A stretch of 64,000 nt of DNA. Origin: an uncultured Gemmatimonadales bacterium. GTDB taxonomy: Bacteria; Gemmatimonadota; Gemmatimonadetes; Palauibacterales; Palauibacteraceae. The notes under the pieces are model-generated. The model worked only from the letters and a program-made list of their open reading frames with translations. It made no database searches and was not told the DNA's origin. The stretch covers positions 96,001 through 160,000 of the forward strand of contig CAWANJ010000003.1 of NCBI GenBank assembly GCA_963783385.1, given 5' to 3'. The position numbers and the translations under genes were made by a program. This document shows, in pieces, positions 62,192 to 64,000 of this stretch (position 1 is its first letter; each line of letters opens with the position of its first letter).

Positions 62192-63105
62192 GACCTGCTG
62201 GGGCGCCGGTTGGCACGGGCGCGGCGGTCGTCGGCACGTCCCCGGGCGAGCGCGGTCCGACCAGGGCCCCGCACCGCAGACCCGGCATGCCGTTCCTCGT
62301 CGAGCTGTTCGCCGCGTCCAACCTGGCGTTCCTGGCGCTCGACACGTGGCTCGCGCACGAGACGAACAGCTTCGTGCGTCGGGCCGAGTGGACGCCCGTC
62401 GTGTTCTCGGTGCTGGCCGCCGCCGCGCTCGGCGTCAACCTGGTGGCCGCGTGGCTGCGGCGCGGCGGCGCAGGTTTCGAGGAGGGAGCCGGGCGGACCC
62501 TGGGGTTGGCCGTGGGCTGGGGAGGGGTCCTGGTGGGGGCGGCCGGCCTGGTGCTCCACCTGGGGAGCCGTTTCTTCGAGGACCTGACCCTGCGCAGCCT
62601 CGTGTACTCGGCGCCATTCGTGGCACCGTTGGCGTTCACGGGACTCGGCTTCCTGGTCCTCCTTCCGCGCATGGTCGAGCCGCGCTCGCCGACATGGGCC
62701 CGGTGGGTTCTCTTCCTGGCGCTGGGTGGCTTCGCGGGGAACTTCGTCCTGTCGCTCACCGACCACGCGCAGAACGGATTCTTCTACCCGGCCGAGTGGC
62801 TGCCCGTGGGAGCGGCGGCTCTGGCCGTCGGCTACCTGGCGGCCCTGTTCGCGACCCGGCCCGGTCCGCGCTTCCGGTGGGCCGGCTACCTGGTCCTGCT
62901 CCTCGAGGCCCTGATCGGGGTCGTGGGGTTCGTCCTGCACGGACTCCCGGCCCTGCACGAGGCGGGAGAGCCGCTCCTCTACCGGCTCGTGTACGGCGCC
63001 CCCAGGTTCGCGCCTCTCTTGTTCACCGATCTCGCCGTGCTCGGCGCCCTCGGCCTCGCCGGGCTCAGCCCCGGCTCACCAGCACCACCCCCGCCAGCAG
63101 GATGA
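62188..63105 (+). CDS. Polytopic membrane partner with internal duplication and conserved His (start 62188 or 62287)
   Basis: Two repeats: AH..N.F...EW.PV..G.VLH..LVYSAP.FAP and DH..NGF...EW.PV..GFVLH..LVYGAP.FAP. Confidence 0.75.
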   Translation: MRPAGAPVGTGAAVVGTSPGERGPTRAPHRRPGMPFLVELFAASNLAFLALDTWLAHETNSFVRRAEWTPVVFSVLAAAALGVNLVAAWLRRGGAGFEEGAGRTLGLAVGWGGVLVGAAGLVLHLGSRFFEDLTLRSLVYSAPFVAPLAFTGLGFLVLLPRMVEPRSPTWARWVLFLALGGFAGNFVLSLTDHAQNGFFYPAEWLPVGAAALAVGYLAALFATRPGPRFRWAGYLVLLLEALIGVVGFVLHGLPALHEAGEPLLYRLVYGAPRFAPLLFTDLAVLGALGLAGLSPGSPAPPPPAG

Positions 63106-63943
63106 GGGTGGCGGTCAGGCGCCGCCGCGTCCCCTTCTCGCCGAAGAACAGGGCGCCCGCCACGACCGTGAGGAGTGTGCCGCTCCGCTTGAGGGCCAGC
63201 ACGTAGGCGGCGAGCGCCAGGCGAAGCGCCTCCATCTGGCACACGAACATCCCAGCGAACAGGAGCCCCTGGAGCGCGAGTCCCCCCGGCTCGCGGCGCA
63301 GAGTGGGGCCGAGCGGGGCCCGGACTCCGCCGCGGCCCCGCCGGAGGGCGAAGGGGACGAAGCCAACGGCGAGGCAGGCGGCGAGCGCCGCCCCGTAGAA
63401 GGCGGGCGAGCTACGCAGCACGGCCACCCGGTCGAAGGTGCCGGACACGGCCCACACGGCGGCCACGCAAAGCATGCGGCGGGCGCCGGGCTCGCGGGCC
63501 AGGGCCCGGAACGGAGCGAGGATCCCGGTCTCCGAGCCCGGCGACACCAGCAGGTAGACGCCGGCGGCGACGAGCAGGATGCCGGCGACGCCCTCCGCCC
63601 CCGGGTGCTCCGACAGGACCACCCACTCGACCGGGACCACGAACACCGGGGTCAGCGCGAGCAGCGGATAGGTGAGCCCCAGCTCCCCCGCCTCGAGGGC
63701 CGACACGTACAGGGTGAAGCCGATCAGGTCGAGGACGACGTTGACGCCCAGCACGGGCCAGAAGCCCGAGTCGACCCGCGGCACGCCCCGGACGAGCAGG
63801 TAGGCCAGGAGGAGCGGGAGGGCGAAGGCGAAGATGGCCCAGGTGGCCGGCCCCCGGCCGACCCGCCCGACGAGCCGTTTCGTCCAGGCGCCCTGCGCGG
63901 CGTAGAGGATCGCCGTGCCGGCGCCGAGGACGACCCAGGTCAG
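63065..63943 (-). CDS. EamA/DMT-family transporter
   Basis: TM-rich; YPLLALTPVF, YVLALKR, FFGEK; frame stays open upstream of 63784 to a CTG at 63943 preceded by GGAAAGGA. Confidence 0.85.
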   Translation of the reverse strand: MTWVVLGAGTAILYAAQGAWTKRLVGRVGRGPATWAIFAFALPLLLAYLLVRGVPRVDSGFWPVLGVNVVLDLIGFTLYVSALEAGELGLTYPLLALTPVFVVPVEWVVLSEHPGAEGVAGILLVAAGVYLLVSPGSETGILAPFRALAREPGARRMLCVAAVWAVSGTFDRVAVLRSSPAFYGAALAACLAVGFVPFALRRGRGGVRAPLGPTLRREPGGLALQGLLFAGMFVCQMEALRLALAAYVLALKRSGTLLTVVAGALFFGEKGTRRRLTATLILLAGVVLVSRG

Positions 63944-64000
63944 CGGTCCTTTCCGGAGTGGTCGTGCCCGCCCGCGGGCATGCTCTCCATCGCTCCCGGC

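Overview
High-GC (roughly 70%+, estimated by eye) bacterial chromosomal segment with about 55 genes. Gene content (TolB/TPR receptors, an ECF43-type sigma factor with a Ser/Thr kinase, fused 2-oxoacid dehydrogenase E1, many lipoproteins) suggests Gemmatimonadota or a similar lineage; this is inference only. I found no CRISPR array, integrase, transposase or rRNA. RNA elements are tRNA-Ala(TGC) and a fluoride riboswitch ahead of crcB-DUF190. Several genes carry single-base frameshifts that look like long-read consensus errors. Main discoveries: (1) a 12-kb BlaI/M56 locus whose three transcription units each carry a near-identical 18-bp operator: a secreted Cache-like/PepSY/beta-propeller fusion, a GT2-BlaI-M56-deacetylase-flippase unit, and a TolC-MFP-RND pump; (2) an orphan solute-binding lipoprotein with a sensor kinase and sigma54 activator, where twin palindromic enhancers and a -24/-12 promoter precede a TPR lipoprotein; (3) an ECF43/Ser-Thr kinase pair divergent from a His/Trp-motif lipoprotein and a diheme CcP/MauG enzyme; (4) an octaheme HAO-family cytochrome with a membrane partner; (5) a SARP regulator with 11-bp-spaced repeats upstream of a 50-aa DUF1059 gene missing from the ORF track. 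All product calls come from motif recognition, not database searches.
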